A stretch of 61,193 bases of DNA, from contig CAZAIK010000003.1 of assembly GCA_964485195.1 (NCBI GenBank), positions 64,800 through 125,992 on the forward strand, in the 5' to 3' direction. The position numbers were made by a program, and so were the translations under genes. The notes below the pieces were generated by a model. It did no database searches. It was not told where the DNA came from and worked only from the letters and a program-made list of their open reading frames with translations. Position 1 is the first letter of the stretch. Each line of letters starts with the position of its first letter. The DNA comes from an uncultured Methanosarcinales archaeon. GTDB taxonomy: Archaea; Nanobdellota; Nanobdellia; Woesearchaeales; CAIVOO01. Shown piece by piece: positions 47,707 to 57,324 of this stretch.

Positions 47707-48964
47707 TCTAAAAGTCTTGCTGGTATCAGAGTATTTCCCTCCCAAGACATTCGGGGGAGGAGAGATTTCTGCGTATTTGCTGGCTAAACATCTTGCCAAA
47801 AAAGGGGTTGAAGTTTCTGTCCTCACTTCCAGATTCAAGGAACTTCCTGAATATGAGGTCAAGGATAAAATAAAGATTTACAGAAGGCTGAAGACAGGTG
47901 AGAATCCGAATAAGCTTCTTGATAATGTTAAGAGAGCAATAACCTTTTATCATTCAACAAAAAATGAATTAATTAATATTTGCAGAGAACAGCGGTTTGA
48001 TCTGGTTCATTGTATGAATACAACCAGTCTGGTTGGTGCAGCAAAGGCGAAGAGAAAACTAAAATTGCCCCTTATCGCCACCATAAACAGCTATACAAAT
48101 TTGTGTCCTAAAGGCAATCTTTTCAGAGATGAAAACAGAGAATGCAGGAATAAATGCAACTTAAAAATATATGTGCCGTGTATTATGAAATCAACTGAGA
48201 TTGGTAAGTTGAAAAACAGCTTTTATTTAAGATACAACCCGCTCTTCATATTCCTTCTTTATCTTAATTATATTAAGAGAAGGAATGCTCTTAAGAACTT
48301 CGATTATCTGACCTGTATCAGTAAATATGTAAAGAAAATGTTAATTAAGAATGATTTTGATAGTGATAAAATGAAAGTTATTTACAATATTGTCCAACCA
48401 GAAGCTTTTTCAATAGGCAGGAAAAACAAAAAAATAAAAATAGTATATCTTGGAGCTTATACTAAAATTAAAGGTCCACAAATATTACTGAAAGCATTAA
48501 AAAATCTTGACAATTATTCTTGTGAATTTTATGGGAAAGGTCCGCTAAAAGAAGAGTTGATTGATTTTGTAGAAGAGCATTATCTGAATGCTTCTATCAA
48601 TAACGAGATAAATCGTTCTCAGGTGGGTGAAAAACTAAAAAACGCAGATGTGGTTGTTTTTCCATCGTTATGGCCCGAGCCTATGGGGAGGGTGGTTATA
48701 GAAGCAATGTCAGCAGGTAAAATAGTTATTGGATCAAATGTAGGGGGAGTTAAGGATCTTATAGAGCACGGAAAGAATGGATTTCTTTTTAGACCAGGAG
48801 ACGTAAAATCTCTTTCTAGACTTATGGAAGAGATAATAAAAAAAAGATACCCTCTTGGAAGAATAAGAAAAGCAGCAAGCATAAGTTCAAAAAAATATGA
48901 AGGATCTAAAATAGCGGATGATTTTATTGAAGTGTATAAACAAGTTAAGAGAATTATTTTCTAG
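47699..48964 (+). CDS. GT4 glycosyltransferase
   Basis: YFPP..GGGE, KG, PSLWPEPMGRVVIEAM. Confidence 0.92.
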   Translation: MNSLKVLLVSEYFPPKTFGGGEISAYLLAKHLAKKGVEVSVLTSRFKELPEYEVKDKIKIYRRLKTGENPNKLLDNVKRAITFYHSTKNELINICREQRFDLVHCMNTTSLVGAAKAKRKLKLPLIATINSYTNLCPKGNLFRDENRECRNKCNLKIYVPCIMKSTEIGKLKNSFYLRYNPLFIFLLYLNYIKRRNALKNFDYLTCISKYVKKMLIKNDFDSDKMKVIYNIVQPEAFSIGRKNKKIKIVYLGAYTKIKGPQILLKALKNLDNYSCEFYGKGPLKEELIDFVEEHYLNASINNEINRSQVGEKLKNADVVVFPSLWPEPMGRVVIEAMSAGKIVIGSNVGGVKDLIEHGKNGFLFRPGDVKSLSRLMEEIIKKRYPLGRIRKAASISSKKYEGSKIADDFIEVYKQVKRIIF

Positions 48965-49157
48965 GTTTTTTACATACGAATATGAAAAAATACGCAAATA
49001 ATGGAGGGTATAAAGAATTCAAGGGTCCCATAAAAGGAATTATTTTTACTTCTTTAAAATATTTTTTTAGGAATTTTTTACTTAATTCCATCATCCCAAA
49101 ATTTATTAAAATATATCTGAAGCTTGTTAATGCTAAATGATCTCTCAAGAGAGTATG
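48954..49157 (-). pseudogene. Probable C-terminal remnant of a SAM-dependent methyltransferase
   Basis: No ATG start; ends FLKKYFKEVKI...FAYFFIFVCKK; KFWDD in a shifted frame. Confidence 0.4.
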
Positions 49158-49946
49158 CTACTTTATATATCCTAATTCAATGAGTGATTCTTTAGCCTTT
49201 TCTTTTTTAAGAAAGTCTTTAACTCTCTCTTTATTTTCCTTCTTTTCCCATTTATTAATTGAACTTTTAGAAAGAGTTCTTACTTCTCCAAAAAAAGCAT
49301 TATTTCTTCTGACTGTTGCATATTTATGCCAATTTAAAATCTTTTGATTAAATTCAATATCCAGAAAAGCACAAAGTTTCTTCATCGTATTCTGATAATT
49401 AAGAATTAGATCTTCATATTTTAAAGTGTAAACATTTGGATGTCCTTTATATTTTAATCCAGTACTAACATCTTTTATCCATCTTTCGGGAGAAACCCAA
49501 TATTTATCTGGCTTTGAAGGGTGCTTTGAAAGTATAACATCTCTGCCATCTCTGATAATATGTATAATCTTGACTTTATTGTTAAAATATTTTAATATTT
49601 TGCCAAAGCACATAACATTTTTAGGGGTTTTTTCACACCATCTGTTGCAAGTTTTGGGGATTTTTTTATTTAAAAAACAATAAAATCTTAGCATATTAAT
49701 CTTAGCTTTAGGATTAAAATTTTCTAAATATGCTGTTGGACAAAAAGTGCTTGTTTCTTCATCAATTGCATATATATCAGGATGTGCTGAAAGAATAGAT
49801 AATAAAAGAGTCGTGCCTGAACGACCACAACCCCCGATTATTATTGGATCTTCAGTTAACTGTTTTTTTATTTTATGATACTTAGTGATTAAATTAATTA
49901 AACATTTAGGAGAGTTAAAGATTATTTTTTTTAGATTTCTTTTCAT
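49158..49946 (-). CDS. Sulfotransferase family protein
   Basis: IGGCGRSGTTLL, WCEKTP, IIRDGRDV, KYEDL. Confidence 0.92.
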   Translation of the reverse strand: MKRNLKKIIFNSPKCLINLITKYHKIKKQLTEDPIIIGGCGRSGTTLLLSILSAHPDIYAIDEETSTFCPTAYLENFNPKAKINMLRFYCFLNKKIPKTCNRWCEKTPKNVMCFGKILKYFNNKVKIIHIIRDGRDVILSKHPSKPDKYWVSPERWIKDVSTGLKYKGHPNVYTLKYEDLILNYQNTMKKLCAFLDIEFNQKILNWHKYATVRRNNAFFGEVRTLSKSSINKWEKKENKERVKDFLKKEKAKESLIELGYIK

Positions 49947-50041
49947 AGACTCCTTAACTTATATGTTAGTGGTTTTCTCATTTAAATATTATTACTTTTC
50001 TGAATAATTAATCTTTTATCAATCTTTCTATTTTAAATATT

Positions 50042-51094
50042 TTACAATACATTTTCATTTGTTTTCAGCCTCACAATAAAACAATAGCATTTAAACAGGG
50101 AATTTATTATTTTCAGGGTTAATGAATCTCCTTCAGCCAGTTTTGGGCTCATGTGTTTGGTGATTTCCCCATCCTTTACCTTCCTCTGTTTCTGCGTTTC
50201 TTTCCTTTTTTCTGTAACAAATGAAGGGTTTAAAATTAACCAAAAATAACTTTTAAATCTGTATGGTAATTTTCTTATTTCAAACAAATTCAGAAGTATT
50301 ATGTTGATAATCAAAAGAGGCATAATCCTTGCAATATTTAAAGGAGAATAAAAAGTAAGCAGATTAGTTATCCTGTTTCTTTCTCCCAGAAAAGTAAAAT
50401 GCTTATTGAATTTTTTATCGCTTTTTTTCACAACATTTGTGAGGTGATAAAAGACAGAGTCCCTACATTTGACTATCTCATAACCTCTTAATCTGGTTAG
50501 CCAGCTTAGTTTTGTTTCTTCCGCATAGATGAAATAATCAGGGTCAAAAAGCTCTTTGATGACTTTTTTCCTGAAAATGAAAGAACCTCCGTGAACAGAG
50601 AAGACTTTCATAAACCTGTTTTTTCTTTTTAGCTTGGCAGGATAACCCAGTAATGTTGTAGTCCACATACTCCTCTCCCTGAACTGCTTTCTGTAGTTTG
50701 AAACATCTTTAAGAGAAGGGACGTTGAGTACAACACTTGTTGCCATAGCAACGTTTTTTTCTGATTCAAGTCCTGCGATAAGCTCGGTTAGCCATTCATT
50801 ATGCACGAGGGTGTCATTATTCAAAATAGCAACATAGTCTCCCTCGCAATACTTGTAGCCAAGATTGTTTCCGCCAGTATAACCTGTGTTTTTTTTACTT
50901 CCAATAATTTTAACTTTTTTATTTTTGCCAAATGTTTTTTTAAATAATTCCAAAGAACCGTCTTTTGAAGCGTTGTCAACCAATATTATCTCAATATTTT
51001 TGTGCTTCTGTTTAAGAACTGACTTAACACAATTGACTGTAAGCTCCTTCTGCTTGAAATTTAGTATTATTATTGATACTTTTTCTTTAGGCAT
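50042..51094 (-). CDS. GT2 glycosyltransferase
   Basis: VSIIILNF, VDNASKDGS, NTGYTGGNN, LNND, FIYAEE. Confidence 0.92.
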   Translation of the reverse strand: MPKEKVSIIILNFKQKELTVNCVKSVLKQKHKNIEIILVDNASKDGSLELFKKTFGKNKKVKIIGSKKNTGYTGGNNLGYKYCEGDYVAILNNDTLVHNEWLTELIAGLESEKNVAMATSVVLNVPSLKDVSNYRKQFRERSMWTTTLLGYPAKLKRKNRFMKVFSVHGGSFIFRKKVIKELFDPDYFIYAEETKLSWLTRLRGYEIVKCRDSVFYHLTNVVKKSDKKFNKHFTFLGERNRITNLLTFYSPLNIARIMPLLIINIILLNLFEIRKLPYRFKSYFWLILNPSFVTEKRKETQKQRKVKDGEITKHMSPKLAEGDSLTLKIINSLFKCYCFIVRLKTNENVL

Positions 51095-51747
51095 TATATC
51101 AACTCTACTATGAATATTTTCCTATAGCATTTCCCAAAATTGAAAAGTTCGCTAAATACTCCATAAATTTTGAACATGAGTTTTTCTCCTATTATTCTTT
51201 GAATAGGAAGAGTTACTGTATTAATGAAATGACTCAAATACCAATATGTAAGATTGCAGTTCTTTTTTACTTTAATATTAGATTCCCCAAAATAAGCAAG
51301 AATCTCCTTTTCTTCAGGCAATCCTTCTTTTTGATGCTCCTCTAACCATGGAAGTTCTTTACCTAACTTTCTTGCGAATTTTATTAATTTTATCTCATAT
51401 TTTTCAGATTCTTTCCCGCACGGACAAGCCAAAATTACTTTTTTTCTAGCAACACGAAGCATTTCTTGGATTGATTTTCTTCTTTTCTCTTTTGGAAAAT
51501 GTTCAAGAGCGTCAATAGAGACAACTACATCAAAAGATTTATTTTTAAATGGTAGTTTGTCTGCGGAAGTTTTCACTGTTTTAACCATCTTTTTACCTCT
51601 AAATTCTACATCTGCACTTGTTATATTATATTGCCCATCCACAAAAGGTCTGATGCTCTTCTCTCCTCCCCCTATGTCCAGTATAGTAATCTTTGCATTC
51701 GGGAGGTTTTTTATTATCCCTCTGTACCTATGTATCAAATCAAGCAT
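51094..51747 (-). CDS. Class I SAM-dependent methyltransferase
   Basis: ILDIGGG, LPFKNKSFDVV, LEH. Confidence 0.88.
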   Translation of the reverse strand: MLDLIHRYRGIIKNLPNAKITILDIGGGEKSIRPFVDGQYNITSADVEFRGKKMVKTVKTSADKLPFKNKSFDVVVSIDALEHFPKEKRRKSIQEMLRVARKKVILACPCGKESEKYEIKLIKFARKLGKELPWLEEHQKEGLPEEKEILAYFGESNIKVKKNCNLTYWYLSHFINTVTLPIQRIIGEKLMFKIYGVFSELFNFGKCYRKIFIVELI

Positions 51748-51749
51748 TT

Positions 51750-52673
51750 TTAATAATTCTCTATTTTTTCTCCTTTTATCTTCTTAATTATCTGTCTTAA
51801 CATTCCATAACCAAAACCAGCAAACCAAACAATTCTAAAGATTGGTGCTGCATAGAGCATCCTCATATCTTTATATTTTATAGATTTGAAAAGTCCGTAC
51901 CCTATGATTACGAAGAGTATGATAAAAAGAACATAAAGCTTGATGAGGATTGTTATTGCAATCAAAATTAGAAGACCTAGAAATCCTAAAAATATCTTGA
52001 AAATATTTCTCTTTATGTGAACTTTTATCTTCCTTTTATTCAGAATGAATGAGCTTGATATCCAGCTAATATGTTTAAATATTTCTGAAAGCTTTGTTGG
52101 ATTATAATGGTAACATACTGCATCTTCAACACCGTCAGCAAAACCTATCTTTTGGCATAATAAAACATCTGCAAATGTTCCTTTATCTGTAGGGCATCCT
52201 CCTACTTTAAGAAACTTGGTTTTCAGTATTGCCCGGAAAGTGCCTATTTTTTTTGGAAGTTTTTCCGGTAACCTTGTAACTCCCCAGTTCTTGGCCCAAA
52301 TATTATCAATGTTTGCTACTTTCTCTATCATATGGCAAGTTCCGATACTTTCTCTTTTTACAATAGGAGCAATTAACTTTCTGACATAATCCTTATCATA
52401 AACAAGATCCGCATCTGCAAAGATTATCATCTTTCCTTGAGCATTTTTTGCACCAGTATTCCTGGAGGCACCCAGTCCTAGATGATTCTGCTTTACAATT
52501 CTCACAGAAGGATATTTCTTGACTATTTCAAGCGTATTATCTGTTGAACCATCATCAATTACAACTATCTCCATATCTTTATATGTCTGTTTTAACAAGC
52601 TTTTAATGCATCTTTCTACATAATCCTCCTCATTATATGCAGAAATCAGAATAGACACTTCGGGTTTTTTCAT
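51750..52673 (-). CDS. GT2 glycosyltransferase with C-terminal TMs
   Basis: SILISAYNEE, IDDGSTD, RNTGA, FADAD. Confidence 0.9.
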   Translation of the reverse strand: MKKPEVSILISAYNEEDYVERCIKSLLKQTYKDMEIVVIDDGSTDNTLEIVKKYPSVRIVKQNHLGLGASRNTGAKNAQGKMIIFADADLVYDKDYVRKLIAPIVKRESIGTCHMIEKVANIDNIWAKNWGVTRLPEKLPKKIGTFRAILKTKFLKVGGCPTDKGTFADVLLCQKIGFADGVEDAVCYHYNPTKLSEIFKHISWISSSFILNKRKIKVHIKRNIFKIFLGFLGLLILIAITILIKLYVLFIILFVIIGYGLFKSIKYKDMRMLYAAPIFRIVWFAGFGYGMLRQIIKKIKGEKIENY

Positions 52674-52674
52674 T

Positions 52675-53334
52675 TTAAAATTTATATCCAAATTTATCAA
52701 TTGTTTTTTTGAATCTTTTTGCTATTATGTCTTTTGTTTCTTTGTTGTAATATTTTTTGTAATCTTTTCTCTTGGTTTTGTTGATGTGGGGAAGTCTCTT
52801 GTAAGGTAGGCCAATTCTCTCACATATTTTCTTGTAGTCCTCATCAATATTCTCAAACTTTCCGACAAAATTAACAATTATCTTGCCTTTTTCATCACTG
52901 ATCCAATCAAAGATATTCCCTTCAACTTCATTTATCATCTCTCTGCCATACTTTGAATGTATGAATTCGCTGAAGGACATTTTTTTGATTTTTTGTACAT
53001 GCTCTTCAAATACTTTGCATTCATGCGCTTTTTGCACCCACCACTCATAAGAGGAGACCATCAAGTCCCATGGGTTCCTGACAAATGCAAAGGTGAAATA
53101 TTCTTCCCATTTTTTATCTCCAATATTTTGTCTAATCTTAATTGCGTTATCATGCTTTTTGGCTCTAATGGGATTTGGGTATAAATTTAATATGATTCTT
53201 AATGCAAAAGATATTTTGCTAGGTCGCCAGATGTAGCTTGGATATAGTTTTGCTAATTCTTTTTCAATGCTGCTTCCGGCAGTTTTGGGTATATGCACAA
53301 ATACAAATTTTCTTTTATGATTTACAACCACCAT
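52675..53334 (-). CDS. Sulfotransferase family 2 protein
   Basis: FVHIPKTAGSS, FAFVRNPWD.MVSSY, VGKFEN, FGYKF. Confidence 0.9.
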   Translation of the reverse strand: MVVVNHKRKFVFVHIPKTAGSSIEKELAKLYPSYIWRPSKISFALRIILNLYPNPIRAKKHDNAIKIRQNIGDKKWEEYFTFAFVRNPWDLMVSSYEWWVQKAHECKVFEEHVQKIKKMSFSEFIHSKYGREMINEVEGNIFDWISDEKGKIIVNFVGKFENIDEDYKKICERIGLPYKRLPHINKTKRKDYKKYYNKETKDIIAKRFKKTIDKFGYKF

Positions 53335-53366
53335 TTCTCAAACTAAGCCTTGTTTTTTTTAAAAAA

Positions 53367-54860
53367 CTATCTATTTATTATTCTGCTCTTAATTACTCTT
53401 ATCTCTTCTATTGTGATTAATCTTAATAAAAATCCCATTATAAGATAAACTGCTGCTCCTAGGATCAATGTTATTGCTATTTTTGGGATTAAATTGAAAT
53501 CAAGATTCCATTTGAGTAAGAGGAGGGTAATAAAAAACATCCCTGCACACAGGGTATTCTTCGTCCAGTCAAAGAAAGGCACTTTGAGACTTACTATTTT
53601 TTTCAATTCAATCGATCCGACCATCGCCATGATTAAGAATGCGGCCAGTGTCGAAATAGCCGCTCCGATCATACCTGTTGTTGGCACAAGTATGAAATTC
53701 AATAGTAGGTTTATCCCAGCACCTATCGCAGATATCTTCGCATTTACTTTTGGATTACCAGTTCCGGAAATAATTGAAATGTTGATTTGAGCTATTGTAA
53801 AGAAAAGGGAAGAAAAAGCAAAAATCTTCAGAATAACGCCTCCTGCAGAGTATCCTTCTCCGAAAAGGGTAAGCAGTATAAATTCCGGGAAAGCAATCAT
53901 AAGAATTGCAAATGGAAAGATCAGGAATATGCTGTACTTGTAAAGCATGGTTATTCCCTCTTTTAGAAGATTTTTTTGCTTCTTCTTCCATATCTCTGAT
54001 GAAAGCGGAAGCAGGACTATTGCCATTGAGCTGCCGAAAAACCATAATAAGTGTGCAGTAGGTGAAGCAACATTATATAATGCTACTTCAGTGATATTCC
54101 TGAAGTAAGTTATCATGACAGTGTCTATATGCAATATAACCTCCGCCATGAATAAAGTAATTATCAATGGCAATCCGAAAAGGATCATTTTCTTCGCTAT
54201 TTTTTTGAAATTCCCTATTTTTACTTTAAAGAACTGAGGGAACAACTTTGTCAGGAAATAAGGGATATAGACTATAAAGGAAAGTGAGAAGACCAGAATG
54301 TAAGCGAGTATTGGGGAAGTAATACTTTTATCAAAATTAAATAGAATTATTGTGGCGAGGAAAATAAATATCATCCTCGCTAACTTTGCTCCAGAAACCC
54401 ATTTCATTTTCTGGTAGCCTCTGAAGATAGCAAGCAAAACATTTTCAATAGGCGATAAGAAAACTACAAGACAGTAAAGTCTGACAGCATGTATTGCCAA
54501 TTCATTCTTGAAATAATGCTGGGCTAAATAAGGAGCAAACAACCAAAAGACAATCGCGATAGAGAACGAAAGAATGAACTGAAAAGACAGAGTGAATATT
54601 ATTGCTGTTTTAATCTTGCTAAGCTCTTTTTTCACCTTAAACTCAGCAATAAACTTGACTAAGGAATCTCTCAATCCAAAATCTTTAATGATAACTAAAA
54701 GACCGAATGTAGAGAATATTGAATAAAGCAAGCCAAACTCAATTGGGGTCAAATTTCTTGCTATAACTAATCTCACTAAATAACCGAAAAGAGCGGCGAT
54801 TACCGTGAACATGAATACAAGAGAACCTCCAACAACAACCTTCTTAGTATAATCAGTCAT
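53367..54860 (-). CDS. Wzx/AglR-like oligosaccharide flippase (MOP family)
   Basis: Polytopic; ARNL.P.EFG, DFGL, DTVMI, VALYNVA, LNFILVP..GMIGAA. Confidence 0.92.
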   Translation of the reverse strand: MTDYTKKVVVGGSLVFMFTVIAALFGYLVRLVIARNLTPIEFGLLYSIFSTFGLLVIIKDFGLRDSLVKFIAEFKVKKELSKIKTAIIFTLSFQFILSFSIAIVFWLFAPYLAQHYFKNELAIHAVRLYCLVVFLSPIENVLLAIFRGYQKMKWVSGAKLARMIFIFLATIILFNFDKSITSPILAYILVFSLSFIVYIPYFLTKLFPQFFKVKIGNFKKIAKKMILFGLPLIITLFMAEVILHIDTVMITYFRNITEVALYNVASPTAHLLWFFGSSMAIVLLPLSSEIWKKKQKNLLKEGITMLYKYSIFLIFPFAILMIAFPEFILLTLFGEGYSAGGVILKIFAFSSLFFTIAQINISIISGTGNPKVNAKISAIGAGINLLLNFILVPTTGMIGAAISTLAAFLIMAMVGSIELKKIVSLKVPFFDWTKNTLCAGMFFITLLLLKWNLDFNLIPKIAITLILGAAVYLIMGFLLRLITIEEIRVIKSRIINR

Positions 54861-54898
54861 TTCTTCAGATTCATAAATCCCGCTTTATAAATTTAATG

Positions 54899-54913
54899 AA
54901 AAGTATATAAATA
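54899..54913 (+). promoter_or_regulatory. BRE/TATA promoter for stand-alone 5S rRNA
   Basis: AAAAGTATATAAATA about 25-30 nt upstream of the 5S 5' end. Confidence 0.6.
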
Positions 54914-54934
54914 AGCTCTTATTTTCCCTGTTTT

Positions 54935-55050
54935 AGCACGGCCATAGCGGCCTGGTAATGCCTGTACCCATTCCGAACACAGAAGCCAAGCAGGCCCGCG
55001 TTCTCCCGAGTACTGCGTTTTCACGCGGAAAACGGAGAAAGCTGTGCGCT
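54935..55050 (+). rRNA. rrf: 5S rRNA
   Basis: Helix I GCACGGC/GCTGTGC, CCATAGC, CCCATTCCGAAC, AGTACT loop E; ends approximate. Confidence 0.92.
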
Positions 55051-55118
55051 TTTAACAAATTGCTATTATTTGTTTTTAGTATGAAAAATATTCACTTGCG
55101 TAAACCAGTAAGAATAAA

Positions 55119-55217
55119 GTGATAACTGTCAAAGGCAGAATCTTGCTGCTCAGCAGTCTTGCTCTTTTCGCAATTCTGGCAATCATACTCACGATAAGAC
55201 AAAAGAAGCAAGGCTAA
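55119..55217 (+). CDS. Possible 32-aa single-TM peptide
   Basis: GTG start, MITVKGRILLLSSLALFAILAIILTIRQKKQG*. Confidence 0.3.
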   Translation: MITVKGRILLLSSLALFAILAIILTIRQKKQG

Positions 55218-55298
55218 GAATTGCCAATAATAATTTATTTTTTTTATTAAATACACATTTTGAAAATATTTATAAATATTCACTTTCGCTCATCTTTC

Positions 55299-56303
55299 AT
55301 GGCGAAAATCTTCATTTCAGGCGTTGCCGGATTTCTTGGCAGCTATCTTGCTGACAGGATGCTTGAGGAAGGCCATATTGTAACAGGCAATGACACCCTT
55401 GAAGGGGGTTACAGGGACAATGTCAACCCAAAAGTGGATTTCCACAAGGTTGACTGCCTTGATTTCAATAAAATGCTTGAGCTCACCAAAGGGGTTGATG
55501 TTGTTTATCACACAGCGGCTTTTGCTTATGAAGGATTGAGCGTTTTCAGCCCTAATGTTGTGACAAGGAATGTTTTTCAAAATACTATGTCTCTTCTTGC
55601 AGCAGCAATACAGAACAAGGTTAAAAGATTTGTTTTTTGCTCAAGTATGGCAAGATACGGGGAAAACAAGGTTCCGTTTACAGAAGATATGGAGCCAAGG
55701 CCGCAGGACCCTTACGGAATTGCAAAGGTTGCAGCAGAGGATGAGATAAAACTGCTTTGCGACGTGCACGGGGTGGAATGGGTCATAGCAGTGCCTCACA
55801 ACATCATAGGCCCGAGGCAGAAGTATGACGACCCTTTCAGGAATGTTGCAAGCATAATGATAAACCTGATGCTTCAGGGAAGGCAGCCCATAATCTACGG
55901 GGACGGAACGCAAAAGAGATGTTTCAGCTTTGTGCAGGACTGCGTCGACGTGCTTGAAAAAATGGCATTTGACGAGAAGGCAAAAAGCCAGATAGTTAAC
56001 ATAGGCCCTGATGAGGAATTTGTGCCAATCAACGAGCTTGCGCGAACAATCGCAGAACTGCTTGATTTCGAGCTTGACCCTGAATACTATCCTGACAGGC
56101 CACAGGAAGTGAAAAACGCAACCTGCTCTGCAGACAAGGCAAGAAAACTTTTTGGTTATGAAACAAAATACACCCTGAAGCAGGGACTGAAGGAAATGGT
56201 AGACTGGATCAAGAAAAGGGGGCCAAAGCCGTTCGAATATCATATTCCCCTGGAAATAGTCAATGAAAAGACCCCGAAGACCTGGACAGAGAAAAAGTTC
56301 TAG
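55299..56303 (+). CDS. NAD-dependent epimerase/dehydratase (extended SDR)
   Basis: GVAGFLG, SSMARYG, YGIAK, YGDGTQKRCF. Confidence 0.93.
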   Translation: MAKIFISGVAGFLGSYLADRMLEEGHIVTGNDTLEGGYRDNVNPKVDFHKVDCLDFNKMLELTKGVDVVYHTAAFAYEGLSVFSPNVVTRNVFQNTMSLLAAAIQNKVKRFVFCSSMARYGENKVPFTEDMEPRPQDPYGIAKVAAEDEIKLLCDVHGVEWVIAVPHNIIGPRQKYDDPFRNVASIMINLMLQGRQPIIYGDGTQKRCFSFVQDCVDVLEKMAFDEKAKSQIVNIGPDEEFVPINELARTIAELLDFELDPEYYPDRPQEVKNATCSADKARKLFGYETKYTLKQGLKEMVDWIKKRGPKPFEYHIPLEIVNEKTPKTWTEKKF

Positions 56304-57324
56304 TTTTTAAAGTAATAAAGCTTCTCTGAAGCGATGCCAAAACAAAACCAAAAATAAAATGAAAAACCGCGCACGCCGGATGATTTCTATGCCGAACTTT
56401 TAGTGGTTGCGCGCTGAATGCGTCGTTGCCTTCGCACTTACACGCCAACTCTATCAAACCCGTGTTTTGCGGGAGTTCGTGTTGTCTCTTTTTGAGGAGG
56501 GCTTCGTGCTTAGATGCTTTCAGCACTTATCCCTTGGCGCGTAGCTGCCCTGCGTACCCTGTCGGATAACAGGTAGACCAGAGGCGCCGAACCACCGTTC
56601 CTCTCGTACTAAGTGGTCCTTCCCCTCAGACAATGAACACTCCTAGTAGATATTACACATACTGTCTCACAACGTATTGAACCCAGCTCACATACCTTTT
56701 GATGGGTGAACACCCCCACCCTTGGACGCTGCTGCACGCCCAGGATAGGTAGAGCCGACATCGATGAAGCAAGACGCGCCGTCGCTATGAGCGCTCGGGC
56801 GCGACCACTCAATTATCCCCGGAGTAACTTTTCCGTCACATCTGCGCCCCATCAAGGAGCGTCAGAGGATCGCTAGGCCACACTTTCGTGTTTGGGTCTT
56901 GGGTTAGTGAAGATCCAATCAGGCTGGCTTTTGCCCTTGCACTCCACATCCGATTTCCGACCGGATTGAGCCAACCTTTGGGCCCTCTTGATATTCTTTC
57001 AAGAGGGTGCCGCCCCAGCCAAACTGTCCATCTGCTGCGGTCCTCTCTTGCGAGAGTTAGCGACGCAAGCGGTGGAAGGTGGTGTTCCATTGGCGTCTCC
57101 ACCTGACCTGGCGGCCAGGCATCGACAACTCCCACCTACGCTCCATACCATCACTCACATCACAACAACAAACTACAGTAAAGTTTCACGGGGTCTTCAC
57201 TTCCCACTAGGAGTCTCTGGCTTATGCACCAGAAGAGAGTGTTCAGGGGATTCCAAGTAGGGACAGCAGGAGCCTCGTTACGTCATTCATGCACGTCGTC
57301 AATCAAACGACAAGGTATTTCGCT

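Noticed and set aside
48954..49160. TAG read-through extending the sulfotransferase into the in-frame downstream ORF
   Set aside because: The sulfotransferase ends at its normal family terminus (LIELGY); the downstream piece looks like an unrelated remnant; no recoding evidence elsewhere.
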